The position numbers and the translations under genes are program-made. Below, piece by piece: positions 18,856 to 28,727 of a stretch of 64,000 nt of DNA. The notes below the pieces were generated by a model. That model was not told the origin of the DNA. It did not search any database and saw only the letters and a program-made list of their open reading frames with translations. The stretch is taken from contig OZ241329.1 of the NCBI GenBank assembly GCA_965199825.1, positions 2,240,001 through 2,304,000 of the forward strand, read 5' to 3'. Source of the stretch: Bdellovibrionales bacterium. GTDB lineage: Bacteria > Bdellovibrionota > Bdellovibrionia > Bdellovibrionales > UBA1609. Every line of letters begins with the position of its first letter. The first letter of the stretch is position 1.

Positions 18856-19740
18856 CTAACGATTTCGAAATAAGAGGTCGAGGCGTTCTTTATCAATAAG
18901 ACTTAAGCCTGTTTTTGAGGGCGCAATCACGTGTTGCTGATCTAAAGTCTCGAGGGTGCGCAAACCTTCGGCCTTTTGAAAGGCGGTTTCGGAATAGAGC
19001 ATGATCGAGTGGTAATCAAAACCAGTAGAATTTAAAACCTCAAGTAGCGGTGCCGGGACCATTTCAAATTGGGGTAAAAATTCGGGCAAAATATTTTCTT
19101 CGATGACCCTGACATAGCGATCACGATCTAATCTTGATTGTTCATGCGGAAATCCAAGCGCATGCATCACTTCATGGACCACCTGTTGCCATTGACAAAA
19201 ATCAGCAATCATAATGGCTTGGGGGCCACCGATGCGGCCCATATAACTGGCGCATAGATTTTGGCTTTTTTGAAAGACGAGAGAGTCTTCGGTGGGAGTT
19301 TCAATTGCACGAAAGCGAAGGCTCGAATGCATTTCGATATGGTGAAGGGCCTCGGTAATTCGGTCCGGCTGAAGAACATGCGAATCGATCGCGTACGGAA
19401 TCGTTGCGGTGGGCCACAATCGGGGCTCTTCAAATCGGGTGATGCCGCCATTGATTTCTTGAGAAGGTTTACCCAACACAACATCGCCAAAGGCCACCGC
19501 CACCCCTTCGATCACCTTGAAATGAACAACGGGTATATTTTGTTTTGTCACCGGCGCAAGGGTTGGTAGGCTTTGGGTCTGTTTGTTTTCAGAAATTGTT
19601 GGAACTGGAATTTGTTTTACCGGATGGTCGACAGTTGGCTTTGAAGGCGGACTCTGATTTTTTGGTTGCCGATTTTTAAACAAAAAATATCCGCAAATCA
19701 AAATACAAACAATCAGGGGCCAGTGACGAGAGATCATCAC
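18856..19740 (-). CDS. Astacin-family (M12A) zinc metallopeptidase with N-terminal anchor and propeptide
   Basis: FGDVVL propeptide, LWP..TIPY, CASYMG, HEVMHALGFPHEQSRLDRD, DYHSIMLY Met-turn. Confidence 0.92.
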   Translation of the reverse strand: MMISRHWPLIVCILICGYFLFKNRQPKNQSPPSKPTVDHPVKQIPVPTISENKQTQSLPTLAPVTKQNIPVVHFKVIEGVAVAFGDVVLGKPSQEINGGITRFEEPRLWPTATIPYAIDSHVLQPDRITEALHHIEMHSSLRFRAIETPTEDSLVFQKSQNLCASYMGRIGGPQAIMIADFCQWQQVVHEVMHALGFPHEQSRLDRDRYVRVIEENILPEFLPQFEMVPAPLLEVLNSTGFDYHSIMLYSETAFQKAEGLRTLETLDQQHVIAPSKTGLSLIDKERLDLLFRNR

Positions 19741-19764
19741 AATGTTTTAAGCGAGGGATCTAAA

Positions 19765-20523
19765 TTGCACAAGATACCGGTTTTAATATTTTGCTACATT
19801 CGGGCTCTTTTTCAATTGTTGTGGCTTGTGTTTCACACCGTAATTGGCGGGTCGATTCTCATTGCCGAAACGTTTTTGATCAAAAATAGAAAGTTTGAAG
19901 ATGCAACCCTCAAGTTTTGGGGCCGGATGCAGCTGTGGCTCACAAACGTGCATGTCGAGGTTGAAAGCGATCAAGTTCCTAACGAAGGCTGTTTGTTTTT
20001 ATTTAATCATGCGAGCTACTCCGATATTTTTGTGCTTTATGGATATTTACCTAAACCTTTTCGATTTGGTGCAAAGATCGAACTTTTTTCGATACCCATT
20101 TTTGGCGCCACAATGAAGAGTGTTGGGGTTTTGCCCATTGTGCGTGATCAGCGAGAGGATGTTTTAAAAGTTTATAAAGAAGCCATCGCGCGTGTTCGAA
20201 ATGGCGAATGTTTTGGGCTTGCACCCGAGGGCACTCGGCAAGACGGCAAAAATTTAGGTAAATTTAAACTTGGGCCTTTTGTTTTTGCTCGCAATGCAAA
20301 TATGCCCATTGTTCCGGTGGTGATGACAAACACCTGGCGGGTTCAACCCAAGGGCTCACCCCTAATGAATGCCAATCATTTTAAAACGGTGATCAAACTC
20401 AAAACTTTAAAACCTATTTATCCAGAGGGGCGCTCGGAGTTTGAGTTAAGGGCAATGGCGTTTGAAGTGATGGATAAGGAATATCATCGATTATTGGAGT
20501 CATCGAATCCATCAATGGAATAA
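19765..20523 (+). CDS. plsC: Lysophospholipid (1-acyl-glycerol-3-P) acyltransferase
   Basis: NHASYSD, AKIEL, APEGTR. Start uncertain; the ORF is open from 19666. Confidence 0.85.
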   Translation: MHKIPVLIFCYIRALFQLLWLVFHTVIGGSILIAETFLIKNRKFEDATLKFWGRMQLWLTNVHVEVESDQVPNEGCLFLFNHASYSDIFVLYGYLPKPFRFGAKIELFSIPIFGATMKSVGVLPIVRDQREDVLKVYKEAIARVRNGECFGLAPEGTRQDGKNLGKFKLGPFVFARNANMPIVPVVMTNTWRVQPKGSPLMNANHFKTVIKLKTLKPIYPEGRSEFELRAMAFEVMDKEYHRLLESSNPSME

Positions 20524-21313
20524 TACGGTCGCGAATTAAAGCCTTAGTTTTTTCGAGATGCAGATAAAGGGTTTTTGCATCGAAGTTTCCATTTCTGTGA
20601 AATAAACCTTCAATCAAAACACGACGAATATCTGTTTGCTCTTTTTCGAGTCGGTTAAAGTTTTTGGCAATGCCCATATTTTTTTGGTGCAAAAAATCGG
20701 CGATGGCACTCTTAAAATCAGTATCCTCAGAAATCTGAAAAATTTCTTTTAGTGCTTGAGTGGTCAGCTGCAGCAAGATTCGGGTGTTGAAGTTCAGAGA
20801 ATCTAATCTTTCTGGCCGCTCCCTCTCGACAGTTTCAAAAACGGTCACAAGTTTTTGCCATTCCGAACTTGTGAGCAATGCATAGACATCAGGCTTTAAG
20901 AGGTTTGCATCTAATTTTCGAATACAGTTTTTATAGATATCCAAATTCATTTCGGCATCCCGCTCTTGATAGCAATGTTCTAATTGAAAGGTTGAAAACG
21001 CTCCTTTTTCGGGATCGAGGACTTCGATCAATTTGGCAAGCTCAGCAATGGCGCCTGGATTTATTTGCGATGTCAGATCAATTTGGAGGGCTAAAATATC
21101 TCCGACCAAATTCATCAAAATCGTATACTCCACTCGGCCTTTTCGGTCGGTTTCAATAAGCTTATTTTCGAGCAGAGATTTTGCGGTTTCTACAGTGTAG
21201 AGGGTCTCAAAGGCGGTGGTGCGGAGAAGCTCAGGCAAAAAATAGGAAGACTCGAGCGAAGTCACACAACTCGCTGACGACCAAAACGAAAATAAAATTT
21301 GAAGCACCAGCAC
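20414..21313 (-). CDS. Hypothetical secreted helical protein
   Basis: 299-aa ORF with an N-terminal hydrophobic signal and no recognised motif. Confidence 0.6.
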   Translation of the reverse strand: MLVLQILFSFWSSASCVTSLESSYFLPELLRTTAFETLYTVETAKSLLENKLIETDRKGRVEYTILMNLVGDILALQIDLTSQINPGAIAELAKLIEVLDPEKGAFSTFQLEHCYQERDAEMNLDIYKNCIRKLDANLLKPDVYALLTSSEWQKLVTVFETVERERPERLDSLNFNTRILLQLTTQALKEIFQISEDTDFKSAIADFLHQKNMGIAKNFNRLEKEQTDIRRVLIEGLFHRNGNFDAKTLYLHLEKTKALIRDRIIPLMDSMTPIIDDIPYPSLQTPLPLTQTPSAPLDK

Positions 21314-21317
21314 GAAT

Positions 21318-22136
21318 TTATTCCTCTCTCAAAATTGGGATGAGCCACTCGGTTTTAAATTTTTTTATAAACAAAGGAACAAGTTCAATCAGTTCGTGAT
21401 GAAGCGAAGATGGGATCACATAATCGGTGTTGATATGAAGTTGGCTTGTATCAAACTGTGCATCTCGCAATCGATTGAAAACAAACTTCGCGCCCCACTC
21501 TTCATTTGTTAACATTTTGTTTGCGGCGGCGATCAGCACTTTGTTTTCGGTGATTTCAGAAATACCGGTTAATCCTTCGCTTAGCGATTCAATAATAGGG
21601 AGAAGAGAGTACACTGTTGTTGCAAAGTGATCCGCCATTGGCCTTGACCATGTTGAATTAAGAATGACATGAAATGGAATCCAATCGGAGGATTTAGTGC
21701 TCGACCAATTCTTCGGTGATTTTTCCCATTGAAACGTCAGGCTGGTTGAATTGATAAGTGCATCTAATTCTTCCAAAATATTTTGCGAATTATAATATTC
21801 TGGAAAATATTCGATCGGAGTCATTCCGGTGAGAGGATTCAGATCTTTTAAGCTGCCAGAAAGCCGCAGCGAGAGCTGATTCCAGTTTTGATTTGATGGG
21901 GTTAAATAAAGATTAGATAAACGCAACCCAACATCATAGATCCGAATGCACCGACTTGTACTTTGAACTTTTTCAATGGCCTCTTTTGCATGTTCCAACG
22001 TGTAGCACGCTCTCACGTAGCCTTGTCTTGCTATCACTTTTTGCACAGCCACCGACTGAAGGTCTGTGTGGCAATCAGCAAAAGCAATTACAAAAGTCAA
22101 AAACTTTATAAATATCAATGGTGCCCCCCGGCTCAT
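21318..22136 (-). CDS. Hypothetical secreted protein
   Basis: 272-aa ORF with a signal peptide ending in AFA. Confidence 0.6.
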   Translation of the reverse strand: MSRGAPLIFIKFLTFVIAFADCHTDLQSVAVQKVIARQGYVRACYTLEHAKEAIEKVQSTSRCIRIYDVGLRLSNLYLTPSNQNWNQLSLRLSGSLKDLNPLTGMTPIEYFPEYYNSQNILEELDALINSTSLTFQWEKSPKNWSSTKSSDWIPFHVILNSTWSRPMADHFATTVYSLLPIIESLSEGLTGISEITENKVLIAAANKMLTNEEWGAKFVFNRLRDAQFDTSQLHINTDYVIPSSLHHELIELVPLFIKKFKTEWLIPILREE

Positions 22137-22217
22137 CCAAACTCTAAAATAAAAAGAAGAGTTTTAGCAAACCTCATCTATTCATCTTATAAAAAGTTAA
22201 GTAGAGTAGAGTCTTCG

Positions 22218-23255
22218 ATGAAACAAGTTTTTATTATAGCGATCTGTATGGGCGTCAATGCGGTGCTTGCCGCGGTTGAAATGGCTTTTGTCACGGTGGC
22301 AAAGCCGCGACTGCGACAAATGGTCAAAGAAAATCATATCGAGGCCGAAAAGGTTTTGCGACTGCGCGAAAAGCCGGAGCGCACACTTTCGGTTTTGCAA
22401 ATCGGAATCACGTTGGTTGGATCGGTGGCGGCTGCGGTTGGTGGCGCTCTCGCTCAAGAGCGAATGACTCCATTCTTTATTGAACAGTTTGGTTTACTCC
22501 CTGCAGGAGCCGAGCTGATTGCGATCGTGTCGATTGTTTTGCCCATCACCTATATGAATGTGGTGGTGTGTGAGCTTGTGCCAAAGACTTTGGCTTTAAG
22601 AAATTCACTCAATATTATGCTCAAGTCGGCGTCTTATCTGATTTTGTTTGAAAAGATATTGAGCCCACTTGTCAGTGTGCTCGAGTTTTCGACCAAGAAA
22701 ATTTTAAAATATTTTTTTGTGGCAAAAGTTGCAGAAGGGGCTTCTGAAGAAACCGTGGCACTTGATTCCTTAAGCACCCAGGCTCGGCAATATGTTGTTA
22801 ATCTGGTGAATATGGAAACCAAACGGATCCGCGATATTTTGGTTCCATGGTCACAGGTGAATTCGGTGCGGTTTGATCAATCTATGGATGATGTAAGGTC
22901 GGTTGTGGTCACATCGGGCCACACGCGGCTGCCGGTTTTAAAAGACGATGTGGTGATTGGGATTCTCAACACCAAAGAATTTATGACTTTGGATCGAGTT
23001 GGTGAAACTCATTGGGAAAAGATTGTGAGACCCATGGTTAAAGTTTCCGAAGCCGATCCACTATTGAAAGTTTTAAGATTGATGCAAGAAAAAAGATCTC
23101 ATCTCGCGACCGTTTACACCCAAAATCGACGGCTTGGGGTGGTGACGATGGAAGATATTTTAGAAGAAGTGATCGGCGATGTTTTTGACGAAGATGACGA
23201 TGGAGCGCTCAAACGAGTGCTTGCCACAGCCGCTACATTTAAGAGCCTCAGATGA
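22218..23255 (+). CDS. CNNM/DUF21-CBS (hemolysin-family) membrane protein
   Basis: EMAFV, LSVLQIGIT, ELVPKTLA, SGHTRLPV, GVVTMEDILEEVIG. Confidence 0.9.
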   Translation: MKQVFIIAICMGVNAVLAAVEMAFVTVAKPRLRQMVKENHIEAEKVLRLREKPERTLSVLQIGITLVGSVAAAVGGALAQERMTPFFIEQFGLLPAGAELIAIVSIVLPITYMNVVVCELVPKTLALRNSLNIMLKSASYLILFEKILSPLVSVLEFSTKKILKYFFVAKVAEGASEETVALDSLSTQARQYVVNLVNMETKRIRDILVPWSQVNSVRFDQSMDDVRSVVVTSGHTRLPVLKDDVVIGILNTKEFMTLDRVGETHWEKIVRPMVKVSEADPLLKVLRLMQEKRSHLATVYTQNRRLGVVTMEDILEEVIGDVFDEDDDGALKRVLATAATFKSLR

Positions 23256-24079
23256 GTTATCAACTTTTAGACTCTGGTGATTTTGAAAAACTTGAAAAAG
23301 TAGGCCCCTACATTATTCGCCGTCCCGCAGCCCAAGCGGTGTGGCGAAAAACCGAATCGCATTGGCCCACCGCCGATGCGGTTTATCATCGCTACTCTGA
23401 AGGAAAAGGGGAATGGAAGACGGCGTCCTCGGTTCCTCAGTCATGGACGATCGAACTTGGAGATCTCAAATTGATCGCCAAGCTCACAAGTTTTGGGCAT
23501 CTCGGACTTTTTGCAGAACAACAAAAAAATTGGTCGCTGATCCAAAACCGTATTGAACAAACTAAAAATAACCGGGTTCCTCTTATACTTAATTTGTTTG
23601 CTTATACCGGGGGTTCAAGTCTTGTGGCAGGCCGAGCCGGAGCCGAAGTTGTCCATGTGGATGCTTCGAAAGGTTCGGTCGATTGGGCCAAACGCAATTT
23701 TGAGGCAAATGGAATTGAGTCGACCACGCGCTATATGGTTGATGACGTCATGGCTTTTGTTGAACGCGAAGTCAGGCGTGGACGTGTGTACGATGGTATC
23801 ATTCTCGATCCTCCAACCTATGGCCGTGGACCTCAAAAAGAAATTTGGAAGATCGAAGAGCATCTGTTGCCACTTTTGGATATGTGCAAAAAACTTCTTG
23901 AGCAAAGCTCAGGTTTCGTTTTGCTCAGTTGTCATTCGCAAGGCTATACGCCCATTGCCCTCAAACATCTGTTAGCAAGCAGCATTGGCGCCCATACCGT
24001 TGAGGCTGAAGAGATGGTCATTATGGACCGCTTCGGAAAAGCCCTGCCCTCTGGAGCCTCGGCTTTTATTACGTATTAA
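23252..24079 (+). CDS. Class I SAM-dependent methyltransferase (RlmI/RlmK-like)
   Basis: HLGLFAEQ, LNLFAYTG, VDAS, ILDPPTYG. Confidence 0.85.
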   Translation: MSYQLLDSGDFEKLEKVGPYIIRRPAAQAVWRKTESHWPTADAVYHRYSEGKGEWKTASSVPQSWTIELGDLKLIAKLTSFGHLGLFAEQQKNWSLIQNRIEQTKNNRVPLILNLFAYTGGSSLVAGRAGAEVVHVDASKGSVDWAKRNFEANGIESTTRYMVDDVMAFVEREVRRGRVYDGIILDPPTYGRGPQKEIWKIEEHLLPLLDMCKKLLEQSSGFVLLSCHSQGYTPIALKHLLASSIGAHTVEAEEMVIMDRFGKALPSGASAFITY

Positions 24080-24701
24080 GAATTTTATCTAAATATTTTC
24101 TTGTGAGCGAGCCTTGAGGCATCAAGCGCTCAATGGTGCTTGAAGCCGATTTTAGTTTTTGGGCTTCACTCCAGAGATCTTCGTAAATCAAGGACGTTGC
24201 TCCCACCGCAAGCGAAGGAAATGCTCCATCTTCCACTTCACCAAATCCTACCGCCAAAAACTCATTGAATAAAAACTTAAGGGCCTTTGAATACGTGGGC
24301 TCATTGAGTTTTCCCTGAAGACCGATTTCGAGTTTTAATTCTTTTGTCGAAAGCGGAGAATTTTGTTTTAAGATTTCGAGCATCTCTTTGGATTCCAAAA
24401 TAAATTTGGATTTACGAGCGAGCGGCACTGTTTTGATGAGAGCGGTAAACAGTTCGCGCGAAAAAAAAGTGGCTCGTCCTTGATACCATTTGGAATACAC
24501 AACCTCGCGGCACTTTGAGAGAGTCTTCATCAACTGCCACATTTCGGATACCCGGTTGTCGCTGCCCGAATCCCAGGTCCAGCGCATTTTTGAGCGTGGG
24601 TAAAACTCGGACCACAAAGATTTTGGCTCGGGCCGGTTATTGATCGGAAAAACAAGCAATAAACCATTATTATTTATTTTATCAATTGCTTTTTTGTACA
24701 T
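24069..24701 (-). CDS. Hypothetical protein, possible winged-helix (AlkZ-related)
   Basis: SLWSE, VYSKWYQGRATF, PLSTKELK; weak recognition. Confidence 0.5.
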   Translation of the reverse strand: MYKKAIDKINNNGLLLVFPINNRPEPKSLWSEFYPRSKMRWTWDSGSDNRVSEMWQLMKTLSKCREVVYSKWYQGRATFFSRELFTALIKTVPLARKSKFILESKEMLEILKQNSPLSTKELKLEIGLQGKLNEPTYSKALKFLFNEFLAVGFGEVEDGAFPSLAVGATSLIYEDLWSEAQKLKSASSTIERLMPQGSLTRKYLDKILNT

Positions 24702-24702
24702 G

Positions 24703-25353
24703 TCACTTGCCTGATAAGATTGGGAGAGCTTCCTTTATACCTTCGATCACAAATTGGATCGCCACCGCAGCAAGAATAATCCCTAATAGCCGCGACATCA
24801 CATTCATCCCGATATGACCCAAAAAATTGGCGAGTCTTCCGGCTTCGCGCAATATTAAAAAACAAAGTCCAACCGTGCACACAAGTGCCAAATAAAGTGC
24901 GGCATGATGGGGAAGTTCTGAGGCCTTTTCTGAAAGCAAAAAAACCGAAACAATCGCACCCGGGCCAGCGAGTAAAGGGATGCCTAGGGGAAATACCGCA
25001 ATATCCTCTTTGACCGAGCCCTCTTCGGCCTCTTCACTTGTTGATTTGGTTCGCGAGGTGCGGGCGTTTAACATATCCAGGGCGACGATAAACAAAAGTG
25101 TTCCACCAGCGATTCGAAGTGCCGGTATGGTCACACCAAAAAATCGAAATACAAAGGAGCCCAAAATACTTGCGCCCAATAAAACACTAAAGGCCACGAT
25201 GCATGCGCGCTCAGCCGTAAGGATTCGTCGGGCTCGATCATAGTCGCTGGTCATCGCCAAAAAAGGCCCAAGCGCTCCGAGCGGATTCATAATTGTAAAG
25301 AGAGTCGAAAAACAGATCACAAAGAATGCATGAAACGAATTGAGTGTTGCCAT
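24703..25353 (-). CDS. MarC family membrane protein
   Basis: MNPLG, IAGG, FPLGIPLLAGPGAI, RLLGIILAA. Confidence 0.92.
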   Translation of the reverse strand: MATLNSFHAFFVICFSTLFTIMNPLGALGPFLAMTSDYDRARRILTAERACIVAFSVLLGASILGSFVFRFFGVTIPALRIAGGTLLFIVALDMLNARTSRTKSTSEEAEEGSVKEDIAVFPLGIPLLAGPGAIVSVFLLSEKASELPHHAALYLALVCTVGLCFLILREAGRLANFLGHIGMNVMSRLLGIILAAVAIQFVIEGIKEALPILSGK

Positions 25354-26385
25354 TTACCTCTTTTGCGCCACGACCCACTTGCTTGATAAACCGTAGCCTT
25401 CTTCGAATTTTGTAAAGCCAGCTTCGCTCATCAAACTTTGAAGGGGGTGCTGGATATAATTTTTGTAGAAGGGCTCATGAAAATCAATAGGAAACTGATA
25501 AAGGGCTTTATCCAGCTCTGGAACATCCCCCAACTGGACCGAATCAACAATCGCAATTAAACCTTTTGGCTTTAAAACTCGAAATGCTTCTTTTAATACT
25601 TTTTTGCGTTCTTGGAGTGGGAGTTCATGAAATAAAAAAACATGAAACACCAAATCAAAACTTTTTGGTGCAAGCTCAGTATGAGCCGCATCTCTTTTTA
25701 AAAAGTTAATCTGAGGAAATTCGACCAAATGCTTTTGGGCTTCTTTTAGATAAGGAAAGCTTAAATCCACACAGGTGATTTCGCTATTTGGAAAACTCAA
25801 CGCAAAAGCCTTAGTCGCATTTCCGGTTCCTGAAGCCATCTCTAACACTTTGAGTTTTTGATTTTTCTTAAATCCACGATCCAATAGCGGCTTGATAAAA
25901 ATGCGTCTCATTGTATCGCCAAGTCCGCGAAACAAAATCTCAACCTGATGCTCGTAAATCTTTGCCGAATTGTCGCTTAAGTAGCCATCGGTTTGATAAT
26001 GAAAATTGCGGCGATAATATTCGGGCACATCTTCAAGAAACACTTTTGATTTTTCAGAAAAATCGTTGTGGCGTAATTTTAATTTCCGTGAATTGAGCAG
26101 CACCACATCGGCAAGCACTTTGGCATAACTTAAAAGATGGGTGGAGACATTTCTTGGAACCAAAACTTGAACCGGATAAACACCATCAACAATATTTGCG
26201 GCATCTTGATCGATTAGTTTTTTTGCAGCCGCAAGTGCGGCATCGGTGGTTTCTTTGCTGATTTTAAATTTAGGATCGCTGTGGAACACCTGCTGTAAAA
26301 AGAGAAATGGAATTCCCTCGACCGTGTAAACCGCACTTCGCACATAGGCGAGGGCGCGAACAAATTGCTTCCTTAAAGATTTCAT
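25354..26385 (-). CDS. Class I SAM-dependent methyltransferase
   Basis: YYRRNFHYQTDGYLS, LEMASGTG, VDLS, FLFHELP, FHEPFY. Confidence 0.85.
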   Translation of the reverse strand: MKSLRKQFVRALAYVRSAVYTVEGIPFLFLQQVFHSDPKFKISKETTDAALAAAKKLIDQDAANIVDGVYPVQVLVPRNVSTHLLSYAKVLADVVLLNSRKLKLRHNDFSEKSKVFLEDVPEYYRRNFHYQTDGYLSDNSAKIYEHQVEILFRGLGDTMRRIFIKPLLDRGFKKNQKLKVLEMASGTGNATKAFALSFPNSEITCVDLSFPYLKEAQKHLVEFPQINFLKRDAAHTELAPKSFDLVFHVFLFHELPLQERKKVLKEAFRVLKPKGLIAIVDSVQLGDVPELDKALYQFPIDFHEPFYKNYIQHPLQSLMSEAGFTKFEEGYGLSSKWVVAQKR

Positions 26386-26445
26386 CTTTCCTCCACAGCT
26401 AATATCAGCTAAAAGCGAGTTTATCTTTTTTTGAAAGGTGTGTAT

Positions 26446-26925
26446 ATGATCGCAGCGAATAAAGTGGTTGGCTTAATCTACACGTTAAAAGACGATGCTG
26501 GAAAGCTCCTGGATGAAGCCCCAAAGAATGATCTGTTCTTTTATCTTCATGGTGAAGGGCAAATTGTACCTGGTCTCGAAGATGCGCTCGAAGGTTTAAA
26601 ACCTGGCGATAAAAAAGCCATCACAGTGACACCCGACCAAGGCTATGGCCAATTGAACGAGGAGATGAAGGTGGTGGTGAGCCGCGATCAATTTCCGAAA
26701 GAAGCCGATGTTCAGCCCGGAATGCAATTTTTAGCCGAGATGGGTAAGGGCGGAAAGCACCCTTTTACCGTGATCGATGTCAAAGATGGCCAAGTTCACT
26801 TGGATGGCAATCATCCACTTGCGGGTCAGACATTGCATTTTGATGTTGAGGTGGTCGAAGTTCGTGACGCCACTAAAGAAGAGTTGGAACATGGCCATGC
26901 CCATGGTCCCCACTCGCATCATTAA
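26446..26925 (+). CDS. slyD: FKBP-type PPIase SlyD
   Basis: VPGLEDAL, DGNHPLAGQTLHF, His-rich tail. Confidence 0.93.
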   Translation: MIAANKVVGLIYTLKDDAGKLLDEAPKNDLFFYLHGEGQIVPGLEDALEGLKPGDKKAITVTPDQGYGQLNEEMKVVVSRDQFPKEADVQPGMQFLAEMGKGGKHPFTVIDVKDGQVHLDGNHPLAGQTLHFDVEVVEVRDATKEELEHGHAHGPHSHH

Positions 26926-28031
26926 TCGAGAAAAAACGAGCTGCGCTGGTATTCGACCCGCAACATTTTTGAAGCTTCTTGAAGAACTGCCGCAGCCGGA
27001 ACCGCAATCAGCAATCCTAAAAATCCAAACATATTTCCACCCACGATCAACGCCAATATCGTGGTCAGGGGATGAAGTCCCACTTTGTGGCCCACCAAAC
27101 GTGGAGTCACAACAAAGCTTTCGAGGGCTTGACCAAGAGCAAAGATCATCAAAACTGAAAACACATGTGACCATGATGAAAAACCCGAAAGCTCAATCAC
27201 CATTGCGGTCAATAAACCTGTGCCGTAACCCACATAAGGCACAATCACCAATAGACCCGTGCAGACGCCCACGATAAATCCAAATTTAAGGTGAACCACC
27301 AAAAGCCCAATTCCATAAAACGCGGCTAATATCAAAGCGGCTAAACTTTGCCCCAACAGATATCCACTTAAGATCTCATGCACACGTCTCGAGAGCGCTC
27401 GTAAACGAGGCCGAAAGCGCGGAGGCAACAAGTCATTTAGGCCAGTGCCGATCGACTCATAACTATGAACCAAGTAAGCAAAAAACAAAGGGATCAGAGC
27501 TAAATTTAAAACCATTAAAACAATCTGTAAAAGACTCGAAAAGGTATTGCGCAAAATGGGCGAGGCCATATTGAAAATATCTAGCGAGGAGCCGGGCAAA
27601 CTTTGCTTTAAGAGTTCGCGCACATCATCGCGGTGAATGGGCAGAGTCACATCATATTTTTGTGCAATCTCTTCGAGATGGGCAAACAGAGTGTCGATCT
27701 GTGCAGGCAGGGCATAGAGTAAATCTTTAAGCTCTCGAATCAGCATGGGGATTACAAAAATAAAAAATAAAGTGATCAATGTGAGGGCGACGAAAAACAC
27801 CAGCAAAACCGAAATCACTCGGGGAAGTCCCCAGCTTTCAAGCTTCAAGGTCATCGGTCGCAAAAGATAAGCTAAAATAAAACTGAGTAAAAGTGGTCGA
27901 AAGGCATCGCCGAGGCCATAGCCCAGCATAAACAAAAGTGCTACGCCAAACAGAGTAAACATGAAAATGGTGTTGGTCTTAGTCGAGCGAGTTTTTTGGA
28001 GCGGCTGAGTGATCATGTCTTGATGTGCCAC
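26922..28031 (-). CDS. AI-2E family transporter
   Basis: LAYLLRP, GYLLGQ, VPYVG, TPRLVGHKVGLHP. Confidence 0.9.
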   Translation of the reverse strand: MAHQDMITQPLQKTRSTKTNTIFMFTLFGVALLFMLGYGLGDAFRPLLLSFILAYLLRPMTLKLESWGLPRVISVLLVFFVALTLITLFFIFVIPMLIRELKDLLYALPAQIDTLFAHLEEIAQKYDVTLPIHRDDVRELLKQSLPGSSLDIFNMASPILRNTFSSLLQIVLMVLNLALIPLFFAYLVHSYESIGTGLNDLLPPRFRPRLRALSRRVHEILSGYLLGQSLAALILAAFYGIGLLVVHLKFGFIVGVCTGLLVIVPYVGYGTGLLTAMVIELSGFSSWSHVFSVLMIFALGQALESFVVTPRLVGHKVGLHPLTTILALIVGGNMFGFLGLLIAVPAAAVLQEASKMLRVEYQRSSFFLD

Positions 28032-28071
28032 ACAGTTTGTACAGGCGCAATGAGTTGCAGGTCCTAATCTC

Positions 28072-28118
28072 TAAAAATCTGCGCGCGGGTTTTGTTTTGA
28101 GCCGCGCACAGCTTTTTT
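28072..28118 (-). terminator. Intrinsic terminator after the Cys-rich lipoprotein
   Basis: CTGTGCGCGG/CCGCGCGCAG stem flanked by A and T tracts. Confidence 0.65.
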
Positions 28119-28154
28119 AAGATTTTAATTTTTGAGAAGTTTAACTAAATACTT

Positions 28155-28493
28155 TTAGTAAGTTTTAACTGGCCAGCAACGGTTTGTTGCTTGGTAGTAT
28201 CCATATGTCCAAGCGGGATTTGCGCCAGCTTGAAGATTTGCTCCAACACACAAGCTAAGTGGTAAGCACTGATTGAAATCACAAGAATATGCTGTTCCTG
28301 CCCAGCACTGGGTTTGTTGTACGCAGCTCACTGTCCCTGTAGTATTTCCAGTTGACGACTGGTTACAGGTGTAAACGCCGTTCACTGTTTGGCAACCTTG
28401 AAAACCGTTGCTGTTGTTGTTGCCGCTTCCGCCGCAAGCACTCAAGACATAAGCTGCAGAAAGTAAAAGAGCTGTTTGTAGAATCGTTTTCAT
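28155..28493 (-). CDS. Small Cys-rich lipoprotein
   Basis: Lipobox LSAC, 8 further Cys, GAGGGG SD. Confidence 0.8.
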   Translation of the reverse strand: MKTILQTALLLSAAYVLSACGGSGNNNSNGFQGCQTVNGVYTCNQSSTGNTTGTVSCVQQTQCWAGTAYSCDFNQCLPLSLCVGANLQAGANPAWTYGYYQATNRCWPVKTY

Positions 28494-28534
28494 ATTTTTC
28501 CCCTCGTTTTTTTAAAACCTTATGCAGTCTTCAT

Positions 28535-28550
28535 TACAACGAGAGTGCCA
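28535..28550 (-). promoter_or_regulatory. Sigma54-type promoter
   Basis: TGGCACTCTCGTTGTA, ~42 nt upstream of the ATG. Confidence 0.6.
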
Positions 28551-28727
28551 GCTGCGATTTTGTAAAGTGGCCGGTACACGTGTCCAAAGTGTAGACGTTT
28601 AAAAACATCGAGCGGTGAGGGGATGAAAAAAGATTTTTAGCGATCTGCGCGCTTGAGCCGACATCTGTCATTTCAGTGACCCAAAAGTGTCACTGAGCGC
28701 AATCAGAGTGTCTCATCTTGAAACGGT

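Noticed and set aside
21963..22217. N-terminal extensions in the ORF track (also sucB, fur, uvrA, plsC, FabMG-like)
   Set aside because: They overlap neighbouring genes or promoters; family motifs begin at downstream starts.
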